Shown here: piece by piece, positions 15,061 through 32,912 of the stretch
Numbering within the stretch: position 1 is the stretch's first letter
How the letters are laid out: every line of letters begins with the position of its first letter
Assembly (NCBI RefSeq): GCF_009914755.1
Contig: NC_060926.1
DNA length: 64,000 nt
From: the human T2T-CHM13v2.0 reference genome, Homo sapiens
Strand: one strand, 5' to 3'
Translations under genes and position numbers: made by a program
Notes under the pieces: generated by a model
What the model was told of the DNA's origin: nothing
Database searches by the model: none
What the model saw: the letters and a program-made list of their open reading frames with translations, nothing else

Positions 15061-15171
15061 CATATTACAGGAGTATTTCTTTGCCAGTTCTTGCTCCAGA
15101 AATGGACATCTCCTGAATTCAGACAAAGGGGATCCAACTGGGTCTGTCTTCATCGGTGAATGATCTTCACA
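15061..15171 (-). CDS. RFX8: RFX8 coding exon: [37 protein letters not shown]
   Basis: gatttttag|TGT...ATG|gtaggt; 111 nt, phase 0 to 0. Confidence 0.92.
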
Positions 15172-15658
15172 CTAAAAATCATTTGTGCAATGGATTATGT
15201 CTTTAAAATACAATACTTTTTTTGGCATATAAATCTTCTTATGATCACACTACTATAAGTTAATATTGTGTATAACCTTTTAGCCACACCTCTGCACACA
15301 TTACTGATTCCAGCAGCTTTCCTCTCATATTGTATTCCAAATGCTGCTAATTTTTGTCTGTAATTCTGTGAACGATGGCCATCAGGGAAGGGATAGGATT
15401 TAATATATTACCAAATGTATCTCTCTTGGGATCATCTATTTACAAATCCTCTATAGGAATGTACAATAAGACTATTATCTATGAATTATTTAATATCACA
15501 AATACACTTCTACAACCCTTGTCCATGTAATTGTTCCTCCTTGAAATAAAATCATCCCTGTTTGGGTCATTCTGCCTATATCATAACAACCGTTGGTTGT
15601 ATCAGAAATCTCAGGGCCATTGCCAACAAGGAAAATGAGGAGCATGGACTTTCCTTTA

Positions 15659-15982
<324 letters not shown>

Positions 15983-16934
15983 TTACAGGATGGGAAGGAG
16001 GAAGAAAGGTGGCATGGCAGAAAGCAAGTGCGACATTCCTCCCTGCCTCCCTGTGTCACTCATGCTGCTGTCCCCTCTGGGCATGGGGAGGCATGAGGGC
16101 TCCTCCTGGTCTGAATAAAGGGTATCAATTTTATTTGAAATGATTTCTTCAGCATTGTCATAGACTGCTTTTGAATAATTTCCCTTACAATAAAGTAGGA
16201 TGAAAGAATTCCTCCAAGTTGAAAATTGAGCAGCCAACCCTGCTACGCCAGACTGTGACTTTTCATTTTCTCTCAAACCTCATGACCCGCTCTCTGACCC
16301 TATAGTTCCAAGGTCAGCATTCCATCCTTAGCCTGCCCAGTCTTTAAGCACCCTAAGCCTCACTAAGCTACTCACTTATAGAATTGCTTATGTGGGTTTT
16401 GGTATGTTCCTGTCTATAAGACATCTGAGGGCAGGGCAGCTTCTCTAACCACCTGTGCCCACCCTTTAGCAGAGGAGTGAGCTCAGACACCATCCCACAC
16501 AGTGCTGCACACACCGGAAACAGGCACCACTGTGTTTTCCTCCTCTCCGATGCCCCAGTATCAACCAGTACTGCATTGAGGATCACGGAAGTTTAGAGAG
16601 CATGTTTAACTGTCCTCTCAGTGCCCTAAAATCTATACTTCATAACTCTGTTGTGATTCTGAACCTCTTTGAGAATCTGATGAAAGCAACTGACTCTCTC
16701 CCTGGAGAAAATGCATACTACGCACACAATATTATGAAGATGCCACGTTAAAACTTCCCCCGTTAATACTGTTGGAATGATGTAGGGGTATAGATGTCTA
16801 AATAAATACATAAAGCAGGAACACAGAGGGGACAGCTCAAAGGGGTCTCTCTATTGGGTGCTGTCTAAACCTCATTCACACCACACTTTACAATATTGGC
16901 TTTATTCAGAGTCATCAGAAGATGGGTCTTCTTG

Positions 16935-17748
16935 ACATTTATGCAGCCAACAGACACATGAAAAAATGCTCATCATCACTGGTCATCAAAGAAATGCAAA
17001 TGACAACCACAATGAGATATCATCTCACACCAGTTAGAATGGTGATCATTAAAAAGTCAGGAAACAACAGGTGCTGGAGAGGATGTGGAGAAATAGGAAT
17101 GCTTTTACACTGTTGGTGGAGTGTAAACTAGTTCAACCATTGTGGAAGACAATGTGGCGATTCCTCAAGGATCTAGAACTAGAAATACCATTTGACCCAG
17201 TGATCCCATTACTGGGTATATACCCAAAGGATTATAAATCATGCTGCTATAAAGACACATGCACACGTATGTTTATTGCGGCACTATTCACAATAGCAAA
17301 GACTTGGAACCAACCTAAATGTCCATCAATGACAGACTGGGTAAAGAAAATGTGGCACATATACACCACGGAATACTATGCAGCCATAAAAAGGATGAGT
17401 TAATGTCCTTTATAGTGACATGGATGAAGCTGGGAACCATCATTCTGAGCAAACTATCGCAAGGACAGAAAACCAAACACTGCATGTTCTCACTCATAGG
17501 TGAGAATTGAACAATGAGAACACTTGGACACAGGGCGGGGAACATCACACACCAGGGCCCGTCAGGGGGTCGGGGCCTGGGGGAGGGATAGCATTAGGAG
17601 AAATACCTAATGTAAATGACGAGTTGATGGGTGCAGCAAACCAACATGGCACATGTATACCTATGTAACAAACCTGCACGTTGTGCACATGTACCCTATA
17701 ACTTAAAGTATAATTTACAAAATAATAATTTGAAACAGAAAAAAAAAA
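16935..17748 (+). mobile_element. 5'-truncated L1PA (ORF2 C-terminus, 3'UTR, poly-A)
   Basis: [16 protein letters not shown] peptide; L1 3'UTR; 18-bp TSD agaagatgggt(c/t)ttcttg at 16917-16934 and 17749-17766. Confidence 0.95.
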
Positions 17749-18609
17749 AGAAGATGGGTTTTCTTGTATGTGGGTATGGGTGATGCTCACGTTGATCATA
17801 CTAAAGGATGGAGCTATTCCATGAAGCTCATTGGCCTGATCATAGGCGCTCTGTTAGAGAACTGAGGAATCCTCAATTTCAGCTCTGGGCTAATGTCTCA
17901 TAATGAAAGACCCCAACTACATCCATATTTTCCAGAGCACTCACACCCTGGTTATGTCAATGTTCTCTGGGTGTTACTGCTGATATTCCCAAAGCAGCAT
18001 TCTCAAACACATCAGAATCCCTTGGGGCCCTTGAGATCCATGTTCCTAGGCCTCTAGTGAATCTGATGAGACAAGAACTCTAGATGTATAACCAGCTTCC
18101 CTACTGAGCCTTCTGCATGCCCATGTTGAGAACTGCAGCTTTAGGCAGACAGTTCTTTATCGAATGCTACAGAAATGTCTACATTTCACCATGGCACATA
18201 CAACACAGTTTCGCCTGTTCAGAAGAAAACATCTGACAATGTACTGTTAAGATATTCAAGAAACAATTACAAGGAGAATATAAAAGTGTTTTATTACACA
18301 ACATAATAAAGAGCAAATTCATGATTTCCTGAAGTCAATTCCCTGAGGTCTCTTCCTCCATAGACATTACTTATAGGCATAAACCTTTCATTAAAAACTG
18401 TGAAAAGAATTGTTCTTTCACAAACAATATTTTTAAAATCATAAATGGAAATATTTCCTTTACAACATAAACAATCAGAAACCTAAAGTAAAAGTAGCGT
18501 ACAGAGCCACTAACGTGTGGACCCTGCAGGAGATTCACTACAGCAGAAGGCATTCAGGAAGCATGCTGAGGAATTCCAGTGTGGAAACAATAATTCAGCA
18601 AAGCAAAGA

Positions 18610-18890
18610 AGAGGATGGAGAGAAGTTGATCAATGGGTACAAACAGACAGAAGAAATGAGACCTAGGCTTTGATCAATCTAGTAGAGTGACTATAGTTCA
18701 CAAAAATCTAGTTGATATTTTCAAATACCCAGATAAGAATCATTTGGCTGCCTCCAGAAAAAGAAAAGATACCTGTTTAAGGCAATAAGTATCCCAATTA
18801 TACTGATTTGATCTTTACACAGTATAGAAATGTGTCAAAATATCACGCATATCCAGAAAATATATACATCTATTATATATCAGTCTTTAA
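18610..18890 (+). mobile_element. Old L1MA-type 3' end fragment
   Basis: aatgggtacaaa...gtgactatagtt...ctgatttgatctttacac resemble the L1MA 3'UTR. Confidence 0.6.
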
Positions 18891-18919
18891 AAATCCACCA
18901 ACTTTTAAATAATAACTGT

Positions 18920-19244
18920 GTTGAGTGTGGTGGCTCATGCTTGTAATCCCAGAACTTTTGGAGGCTGAGGCAGGACGATTGCCTCGGGCCAGGAGTTCAT
19001 GACCAGCATGGGCAACATAGTAAGAGCCTGTCTCTACAAAAAATTAAAAAAAAACAAAAACACAAAAAACATTTCTGGGCATGGTGACATACGCCTGTAG
19101 TCCTAAATACTCAGGAGGCTGAGGTGAGAAGTTGGCTTGAGCCTAGAAGTTGGAGACTCCAGTGAGCTGTGATCGTGCCACTGCTCTCCAGCCTGGGCAA
19201 AAGAGCAAGACCTCGTCTCTAAAAAATAAAATAAATAAATAAAT
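18920..19244 (+). mobile_element. AluJ
   Basis: Diverged Alu with (aaat)n tail. Confidence 0.88.
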
Positions 19245-19857
19245 ACTGCATAATGACAAATATGTATAAACAAAAGCTATATCTAAAAAATGACCATTGA
19301 GAAATTCTACGTGGATTCTTTAGGTATATTAAATGCAGTTTGAGATTTTGACAGACCCAAGAAATGTCACTGGAGTTACATGCTACCATTCATCTACTCA
19401 TTCTTTAGTGAGCATGCACTAGGTGTCAGCCCCTGGGAGTCTGATGTGTGACACCTTTCCACCATCACCTGCTCCATCAGGCACCATCTGCCTCCCCTGG
19501 GTTACTCCATCAATTCTCCTGAATGACTTTGATCCTTCCTGCATCCTTGAAGACACTGTTCCCAGAATTATCACCCCCCAAAGCAAATGTATCCTGTCAC
19601 TCTCCTTCTGAAGATGCCTTGATGGTGCCCCACGGTCTCCTGGGTCAAATCCAAGTTCTCTGCCTAGCATCGACAAGCTCTGTGCCCTCTGGTCCTCTCC
19701 ACCCACCTCGCCCAGTGTGCTGCTCCCCAGCATATGCACGCTGGGTTCCACACACGTTTGTCATCACCTCCCGGCTCCAATGCAGGCTACACCCTCAAAA
19801 TGAACACCCTCCTAAGAGAGAAGCCAGTGACCCCCTCCAGGACTAGCTCAAGGATAA

Positions 19858-20355
19858 TATGACAGGCAGAATCAGGCCCCTCCACCCCAAAAATGTCCAC
19901 GTCCTAATCCCTGGAACCTATGAATATGTTCCCTTGCATGGCAAAGGGACCTTGCAGATGTGATTAAGATTAAAGACCTTGAGATGGGAGGTTTTCCTGC
20001 CTTATCCAAGTGGCCTCATGTCATCACAAAGGTGCTTTAGAAAAGGCCACCTTTCCCAGCTGCAGGGAGCCAGAGAGACTGCAGCGTGAGAAGGATCCGG
20101 CCTGCCTTTGCTGGCTTTGAAGATGGGGTGGAGGCCGTGAGCCAAGGAATGGGAGGGACCTCTAGAAGCTGGAAAAGGGAAGGAATGGATTCTTCCCTAG
20201 AATGTCCGGGAGGAACACGGCTCTGCGAACATGTTGATCTTAGTCTGGTAAGAATGGTGTTGAAATTATGACTTCCAGGGCGTGTGATAACAGATTTGTG
20301 TTGTTTTAAGTCACTGACTTTGTGCTAATTTGTCACAACAACAGTGGGAACCGCA
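19858..20355 (+). mobile_element. MaLR solo LTR (MLT1D-like)
   Basis: tgtccacgtcctaatccctggaacctatgaatatg...tggcaaagggac.ttgcagatgtgattaag...ctagaagctggaaaagg. Confidence 0.78.
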
Positions 20356-20646
20356 CTCTTCAGTGCAGCCCTCTCTAATCACTCTTGCCTCCCACAGCCC
20401 CTCTCCCGGACCCCCAATTTGGAGTTCCCAAACCACCCATGGCCTGCACTGCCCGCTCGACATGGTACCCATTGTTCCACGTCTATCTTAGCTTCCCGAC
20501 TACAAAACTGTGTCCTACTTAAGTAGAGGGACTTTGTTTGTTTTTAGCGGTTCTTTCACAACCCATTCAGCCCTCAAGAAGGCTGGTCACTAAACACGTT
20601 TATAAAAGGTTATCTGTTCAATGACACTTGTCAACAAGACAGTATC

Positions 20647-21237
<591 letters not shown>

Positions 21238-21656
21238 TATCCAAGTACTATCATATCGTTTTGGCCCACTAAAATAAAATCAACTCATGATGTCATACAT
21301 TAGTTATTCATAGTTCTGGTGTCCTAATTCAAAGAGCTGTAACTGTAATAGGGAGACACTTCAGACACATTTATTGCCAACAGCCTATATATCCTTTTTA
21401 ATTTTAGCTGAAGAAACACAGTTAAGCAGGGAATGTGCAGCCAAACAGTACGTTCCTTAAGGACAGAGACTATGTCTGTCTTGGCACGGCATGTGGAAAG
21501 TGGTGGCACTGAACATTCATGGTCAGATGGGTGAATGGTTAGGGGCTACCTAGAGTCAGAAGAGTACGCACAGAAAAACAGCTGGATCGAATTAAGCAAT
21601 CACTGGTATTGCTAGGTCTGGGTCTGTTATAGTAAATCTGTTTGATTAACACTCAC

Positions 21657-21720
21657 TGTTGCTTCTTGTTGGATAATGCTGTTATAATTAGTAGATTTTT
21701 CAAAGGCAATGGCATCTCCA
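21657..21720 (-). CDS. RFX8: RFX8 coding exon: (S)GDAIAFEKSTNYNSIIQQEAT
   Basis: tctgttccttcacag|T...ACA|gtgagt; 64 nt, phase 2 to 0; restores the frame between its neighbours. Confidence 0.88.
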
Positions 21721-23007
21721 CTGTGAAGGAACAGAAAACAGAGAAGTAATTTTAGCAAGACACCTGTCTCTGAGCAGAAGCACGAAGTTTCTTTTGCAGC
21801 AAGGTTATTTGTTTAGGGGTATAACTTTTATTGAAAAACCCTCTGTCATGTTTCTATCCACGAATGGTAATTATCACAAGCTTGGGCTTTAAAAAATTCA
21901 TTTCTGTAACTGGGACAACCACGCATTTATTTTTAAAGGTTTCTTTCTTTCAGAAGCAAGAATATGATATCGTCATGGGTAGAATTCGCTCCTGTGGGAA
22001 AAGAAAAATCATCATGAACGTGAATTCTTATTACTTTTTTATTTTGGTGCATTTTAAATGATTGATACAGAAATGATAATATCCTCTAAATTGATGGATG
22101 TAGAAGAACACCTTTACAGAGCAAAGAAACTGGTAATTAATAATAGAGATGTAAATTTCATTTCACCATGCCTCTTGGATTCATATAAGATAATGGAGAA
22201 ATTTATACATAATGGAGAACAGACTGGGTCCTATCTATGCAGTACGGTGCATTTTTTCTTTAATCATGGGCATTCGAGAAGCTGTGAGCCCAGTTCACTT
22301 GCACCAGGGAATGTCCATTCTCAAGATGCCAGAGGTGGTGGTGTCTCCTCCCACGTCCCCGTCACTCAGCTCCAGAGTTATGGCTGAGCCAAGGGCAGAC
22401 ATGACTTTGATGGGTCCGTCCACTCCAAGTCAGCACACATCCTCATGCCTGATGGTTTCAGCTCTACCTGAACATAAAAAAGAGAAGAGGAAGCCAGCAG
22501 CCTCTTGCTGTGCTTCTGGAAGCCGGGCAATTGTCATCCAGGTAAGGAGGACCTGGGAGGAGGTGGGAGTCAGAGGGGAGGTAGAGGAAAATGGCTTTCC
22601 TTCCAAATAGGATGGTTCTACGTCCTCCCCAGCCTCTTGAAAGCCCCAGGGGCTCTCTTCTGAAGGTTTGGGTCAGTCCATTCTCCAAACCAAGTCATAG
22701 AAAACTGGGCAGAATGCTTGATACCCATCTGATAAATGTTTCCACATAATGTTATATTTCAAAACAGGGCACATAGATTCAGGGTCTGGACACGAACCCA
22801 CTAGAAAGGCACTCTTCATCTTTTAATAAGAGTTGTTATCAAAATAGAAATTTTACCTCAGACTTTCCAGTGGCTGCAGGACACAGCATCTGTTCAACCT
22901 GAAAGGGTATATGGATAAGCCCTGCACATGCACATAGGGTGATGGGCAATGCTAGAGGAGCCAAAGGCAAATAATTTGGAGTGTCTTAGGAATTCCATTT
23001 GTCATGT

Positions 23008-23400
23008 GTTATGGACTGAGTTGCCTTCTCCTCAAATTCCTACATTGAAGCCCTAGCCCTCTATGTGACAGTATTTGTAAATAAGATCCTTAAGGAGATA
23101 ATTAAGGTTAAATGAGATCATAAGAATAGGGCCTTAATCCAATCCAGGACTGGTGTCCTTATAAGAAGACCAGAGAACTTGCTCTCTTTCTCTCTCTCTC
23201 CATGTGAACAAAGAAAAGAACATGTGAAGACACAGCGAGAAGGCGGCTGACTGCAAGCCAGGAAGACAGCCCTCACCAGAAACCAAATTTTGGGGTACCT
23301 TGATCTTGGACTTCCAGCTTCCAGAACTGTGAGAAAATAAATTTCTGTTGCTTAAGCCACCCAGTCGGTGGTATTTTGTTATGACAGCCCATGAGAATGC
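23008..23400 (+). mobile_element. MaLR solo LTR (MLT1A/B-like)
   Basis: tgttatggactga...taattaaggttaaatgag...ggactggtgtccttataaga...cttggacttccagcttccagaactgtgaga. Confidence 0.82.
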
Positions 23401-23793
23401 ATCATATCTCAATGATATCTTGGGTAGGTGTGACAATTATGCAGTTTCTTCAGGTAAAATTTATAAACAGCCCATTGCCACAGATTTTGGGACATTACAG
23501 CAACAAAAACAACAAATAATAAATCAAACTTAGAATAAAGACTAGAATGAAATAAGACAGAAGAAAATATCAGAAGTGAAATTTCACTAAATAAAGGGCT
23601 CACAGAAAAGAAATTTAATCAGCAAAATATGGTCATCACTCTTTAGAGATGTCTAAAAATTAGTTGTGAGACTTTCTTCAACTAAATTGGAGGAAGGGCA
23701 ATTTCTCCCCAATTCCACATTGTGTCAGCATGCTACTCCTAATATGTTTTCTTTGGAAAATGAATGCAAGACCACAATATGAATACACTGAGC

Positions 23794-24080
23794 TCCATCC
23801 ATCCATTCATTCATCCATCCATCCATCCAACCAACCATCCATCCATCCAACCATCATCAATCCATCTCTCATTCATTCATCAGTGCCTACTGAATGTCAG
23901 GCATTGTGCCAGGCCTTGGTGGATATAGCTGTGATCCAGGGAGACAAGGTCTGTTTTCACAGAGGTTATAGCCTATTGGGGAGGAAAAATGTCACACAAA
24001 TCATCACTAATCACAAAGATGTTGGGTGAGGGTTATGACAGCTGAAGTGTCGGGTGCTAGGAAAACGTACATCAGGGGGC
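23794..24080 (-). repeat. (TCCA)n tract at an L2 3' end
   Basis: tccatccatcc... followed by gtgcctactgaatgtcaggcattgtg. Confidence 0.65.
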
Positions 24081-24519
24081 CATCCTATTCTCTTGTTAGT
24101 CCAACAGTGCACATCTCTGTCAATTGGCAGCTTGATGAGCTCAGGAGAGCTGCATTGGTGATCAGTTTACCCTGATCTGGTTGGTGTTCATCACATCACC
24201 ATATAAGGATAGCTTATTAAACAATTTTGAATGGTGACATTGATCCTCATGGGGCATTCCTATAGGTACTCAGAAACAGATATTTCAAAGCTAGAATGTC
24301 TGGTTTCAGACTTAAAGGAACGACAAGGAAAACTCTCAACTTTATCACTCATCCCTCTCCCTCCACCCTGACTCTGGGAGCTTTGGACTAATGAGTAATG
24401 CTCATTACGACTGAGTAATGTTCTCAATTATTTTGAGTTCCTAAATGGTACTCCCAAGTTTCTGCCTCTGTTCAATGCAGAATATGGGCTTAATTCAGCA
24501 GCAATCGAAAAGAAGGTGG

Positions 24520-24613
24520 CATCACCCTCCTCATCTTTATAGGGAAGCCTGAAGGGACGTGCCTGCCATCACCCTCCTCATCTTTATAGGGAAGCCTGAA
24601 GGGACGTGCCTGC
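24520..24613. repeat. Perfect 47-bp tandem duplication
   Basis: catcaccctcctcatctttatagggaagcctgaagggacgtgcctgc twice (24520-24566, 24567-24613). Confidence 0.97.
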
Positions 24614-27600
24614 CATGTAGGGGCCTGTGTATAGCAGGAATCCTCACTGGGAGAGCTATGTTACCTTTTAGCATTTAATTGGGAGACTTTATGTATTAAC
24701 CTAATGGGGAGAAAGAGAAAATATTTCAACCTTATGGAGAGATGGGGTCATCTATGAAAAAGTCCCCATCTCTACCTGGCCGGACAAAGACATGCATTTG
24801 TTCAAACGAATGGCAAGGCTGTCTCTTTCCACCTCTGGAATGCCCTAATTTAAGAGACTGGCTTACAACACGGGTCAACATGTAGGTTTAATGAGACCAT
24901 ATTTATTTTCTAAAATCACCTAGTTTCTGAGGCCTCTGCAAACAAAGAACCACAAAAATATTCAGGTGACAGGGGATTAGGAGGCAATAACATAGTTGGG
25001 CTACAAGGCAGGTGAGCAGAGTTGCTGGAGACCAGCAAGTGGGGATTCATGAGGGTCCACGTTCAGGTCACCAGCACCCTGAGTGTCTGGCAGATTCAGA
25101 GGAGTGAACACCGCAGGCATTGCCGGGCTTTCGTCTGGCAGGCAAGGCTGGACTAGGCTAGAGAGGAAGGTTGTGGTAGACCAGCGCTCCACCAGGGTGC
25201 AGTTCCCAATATGGGGCCACCACCCAAGAGCAGGTGCAGGGAGCGTGAGGCCGGAGCAGGCCTGGAGGTGGCCGTTTCAGACAGAAGCCCTGAGTGCCCA
25301 CCGGGACAGCTTTGTGTCTTTGGGCTCACTGCCCCCTGCGTCATTTCCAGAGTGTGGCTCTGAGTCAGGCCTTTGGGACATTTATCAGGCTGTGATCAAA
25401 AGCACAGTCATTGCTAAAATACAGCGCCAAGGAAACCACACACAACATCCAGAGCTGGCCTTGTTGTGAAGGAAGGGCTTCCAGTCCAAAAGGCGTCTTC
25501 TCCACTTGCTCTCCGAGGCCTGTGATGCTTTAGCAATGCCAAATCACCGAGTTAGAGAAAAACAACAGAGCACAAGGCAGATCATGACACAGGAGTGACT
25601 CCCAGGCGAGTCCGTCCTCAGGTCATTTGCATTCCTTGGGAGCTGCCCCCTTTAGTGACTGCTCCTCAGGGCCCAAGCCAACCCTTACCTAGGATGTTAG
25701 GATTTAATAACCACTGGAGGGAAGGGCGGGGTCAGCTGGGGATGGAGGGAGAAGAGCCCAGATGGGGAAGACCGGGGAGGGAGGAGGGCTGAGAATTCCT
25801 GCAGCACAGTGGAACCGGCCTCCTTGTTCAGCTCTGCAGCTAGCTGGCTATATTGCTTTAAGCAAGTCACATGAAGCGACAGGGCCTCAATTTTGCACCC
25901 TGTAAAGGGAAGGATTGGGATTTGGTGACCGCCCCCCAAGACCTTTTCCAGCTCTCACTGGAACACGGGGACTCAGAGGTCCCCCAGGTCTTACACAATG
26001 GTCTGAGGGTTCCTTCTGGGCTTCATGCAGGGACAATGGAGGAGGGCCTGGTTTCTTCTGGGCACTGGCAAATTGCCCACTTCACTCAGTACAGTGAAGA
26101 CACAGACTGAGAACCATGATTTACTTTAATTTTTATGATCAATTTGTCTAAAAAAAGTCAGGCATAGAGAGGACTGAGACACAATTATATAGCACATAAC
26201 TCATCTTGTTTCTTTAATTTTTCCCATAAAATCTTTCAAATGTAGTGTTAGCTTAATATGCTTTTTGGCATTAACTTTTTTTAGTCTAACTACAATTTGC
26301 ATTTACATTCTCAGGTTTTGACATCATCTGTCATTACTCCAGACTTTCATTGACATCATTTTGGCATCATAAATTGCCCTCGCAAATCACTCTAACCAGT
26401 GGTGAAACAACTTGAAGCAATTACAAAGGTAAGAGGATAAAAATGTAATAAAACCTAATTCATGTACCATACTTGTTCCGTGTCAGATTTCAGAGCAAAG
26501 GCACTTCATCTTCCAATCATTAAAGGTTCTCATCGTAACTCTTCCTCAAAGCACATGAAGTAATTATTTTGGTTTTGATTAAGAGAAGATATCTTTGACT
26601 TGATGAATATTTTTACATATGTTAAAATAGTAAATATATATATTCACATTGAGACATATGTCATTATAATTTTGAAAAACTAATATAATTTTGATTATAC
26701 CAATAATATTAATCATTAAAATACACTCAGCACTTACTCATCCTAAATGTGTTACTTGTTTTACCCTAGTTCTCATGAACACCTGTTAGTAAGGTAGATA
26801 AGAATTATCCCCAACTTGCAGATGAAGAAGGACAAACAGAATTCACAGAGCTGGAGACCTCGCTCTGACTTCAGAGTAGAATATTACCTATTCTATGATT
26901 CTGTCTTTTAAGATGGAATCACATGTGTGACAAAAAAAAATGTACACAAGAAGCAAAAAGTAAGATATCAATTTTTTGAAACTGAAAATTAACAAGAACA
27001 ATCTTTCTTTAAAATCTGGTCTTCTGTGTGTTGTGGTTTAGCTGTTTTCTGCATTGGGGCCATTACTGTTATATTACTTAACTGTATCCTGACCCATTCG
27101 ATTTTATGAACAGCTTAACTGCAAAATGATGACCGAGGGGGAGACCTGTGGAAGTGTGGGAAGTATAAGACATCCACGATCACCTTCTTGAGGCAAAACT
27201 CAGCCACTGGGGGTCAAGCTTCACTGGCAGACAGCAAATAGCAATGCAACAGACGTTGCATTGCACGGGCGTCTGTCTGTTGGAGATGGGCAAGTGAGCG
27301 ATAAAATGATAACAGTTCCCGATGTGAGAGGTATTCTGAGCGGTACCTCCTTTTAAAACCTTTCCCAAGCAAGGAAGGGTGCAGTCCAGGCTGTTATTCT
27401 CCACACATGTATTTTAAGCTGCCAGACAGCAACCAAGGTAATACATATTTTTTAGCATTAGCAAGTTCCAACCAGCCTTGAAAACCATAGGGTGGACAAG
27501 GCCAAAAAGCGGGTTGCAACTTGGACACCTTATTAGTACCTGAGAGGGAGGTCCTCTGGGGCTCATCGGAGGCCTTGTTGGGGGGCCCTGGTCCCAGGAA

Positions 27601-27729
27601 GACTCAGCCCCGACTCTCAGCCCCTCCAGGGGCCTTGGCTGCACACACAGAAGGAAAACAGCTTCCTGCTTGGGGCTGGAGAGACCCCTCTGAAAGAACC
27701 ACTGGTGTCTGACATCACCAGGCTGTGGT

Positions 27730-27935
27730 ACCACCGCCGCCGGCTCCCTGTGAACCCGCTCGCCGCCAGCGCGGTGCAGCCTGGAAGACGAACCTCTCCC
27801 TCTTCTGCTCCGCCGTCTGCACAGCCGCTGTGGACCCGAGGCCCTGCATTCCCCAGGCTCAGGCCCGCCAGGCAGCCCCCTGAGCTCATGGCTGGCAAAA
27901 GAACAAAGGCGTGGAAGAACAAAGGCACGGCGTGT
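27730..27935. promoter_or_regulatory. Small non-repeat CpG-dense intronic patch
   Basis: About 14 CpGs counted in 27731-27870 against a CpG-poor background. Confidence 0.5.
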
Positions 27936-29789
27936 TGAAGGCACAGTTTTAGAGGCTTTTTAAAGGCCTTTAATAAAGCCGAGCTGAAAAAGCTGACACG
28001 GTGAGAGAGGAAAGTGTGTGTGTTTCGGGAGGGATGAGGGCGAGGCTTAGTTTCCACATATCCCCAAGGGAAACCTGAGCCTCCCAATGGCTGATTGCAG
28101 ACTTTACATGACATAGAATGGGGATTCATGTTTGGAAAATGACAACAAATTTATCCTTGAAACAAAACCCAGGGATTTTGCCTAAGAGGTAGAGAATAAA
28201 GGTTAATTACAAAGAGCTGTTTCTCCAGATGTGATATAATGCACGCACATATACACACGTACTCACACATACACACACACATTCTCCACTCCCCTGTTCC
28301 CCTAGACAATAATAAAATATTTTATACTTTGGCTTGGATTCTTCCCTGAATTTCTGAGTCAGCAATTATACCCAGGTCCAAGCCTCAATCTGGTTGCCAA
28401 CTAAACGGGATTGGAATCTGGGGAGGCCATTCTGCCCTGATAGGGGAGCAGGAAGGGAGGGGGAATGTGCTGGACTTTGTGAGGTGGTCTTGTTCATATG
28501 GCACACATTGCACATTTATGGTCATTTTCATTTAAAAAAATAGCCTCAAGCTGTTCATTTGTTTTAAAAATCAAACCTTGGTCTCTCCTTGGTGAGGACG
28601 GATGCTGCCTCTGCATTTTTCAGCACGATTCACCACAATTCCCATCCCACCCCAGTGAAAACGAACGCCCCCACCCGCTGCTCAGCCACCTCTCCAGGTG
28701 TCCAGTTAAGTGGGCCACCAGCGCCCTGGTTCCCGGCTCTGTCACGACCCCCCTGCTGCATCTGTGGGCACCCTCTTCTCCCCTCCCCAGCAGACGGGTG
28801 TGGAGGGAGGAGCAGGATGTGCAGGTTCAGGGACCTGGGAATCAGAATTTCTAAATTTACAGGGCTTAGGGGGCAATATAGAAGCAATAGGGAGGAGATA
28901 AGGGCTTATCTTGAGACTACATTTATTTTAATTAGATTCTATGCTTCTTTGGAGTACTTGGTGGTAGTGAGAGAAGTCGCCCCTTTGCTACAATCCTGGT
29001 TCATGGCCAAATCTCTCTACGACAATGCTCTTATTGGTGTTTCCATTCCTTTCCTTAACACGAGGTCCAGAAAGAAGAGATAAAGACAATTGAGATGCCC
29101 TTGAACAGCCTGTGCACAGCTCAGTGACTCTGAGAACTGATTTGGGAGAGCTTGTATGTTCTACTCTAAGATGGTCCTAGCAAGGCGTGCTCTTTTTAAC
29201 CACCCTCACCCCCAACCAAAATGAAATTCCAGTTCCTCCCTTAGGCAAATACTAGTAGGAGAGTTTTTGTAAATCACTCCTCAATTGCTGCACACATAGA
29301 GAAATGGCTGCTTCACCCAGGCATAAAACATTGGGGAAAGACCAACATACTCATCATAGGTTTGCTAGAGAGCTCGCTTCTGGGTTTTAAACACAATAGA
29401 GATGGCATTCGTAAAAGTCGTGTGTGAGAACGCACCCTGAGCACACACAGCTGCACACCATGGGGACTGACCACCTCCAGGGGGGCAGCGCTCTGGTCCT
29501 CTGTTGGCCGCTGACCTCCTTCTGCTAAGGAGCCCTGCTCTGGTTCTGTTAAAGGCAACGATGCCTGTGCGTCCAGAGGAAAAGCAACTGTGTGCACAGA
29601 TGAAAATGCCAGGAGAGTGCTTTGAAAGAAAGGAAGGAGTCGCACTCCAACCATGAGAAGAGAGAATGGGTGTCAGCGGAAGAAACCCTGAGACCTCGGA
29701 CCCTCCAAGAAATGGGCAGGAAAGGGCTGTGGGATACTTCATGGGGCCTGTCATGATGTCTTTTCCTGAATTATAGGATTCTCCTTGAT

Positions 29790-32810
<3,021 letters not shown>

Positions 32811-32912
32811 AAAAAAAACTCATTGAGAGATAATTCATATACCATACAATTCACCCGTTTAAAGAGTCCAAGTCAATGTTTTTTTTAAAGCATATCCACA
32901 GGGTTATGCAGC

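Noticed and set aside
24520-24613. Direct repeats as a CRISPR-like array
   Set aside because: Two abutting copies with no spacers, in mammalian intronic DNA.
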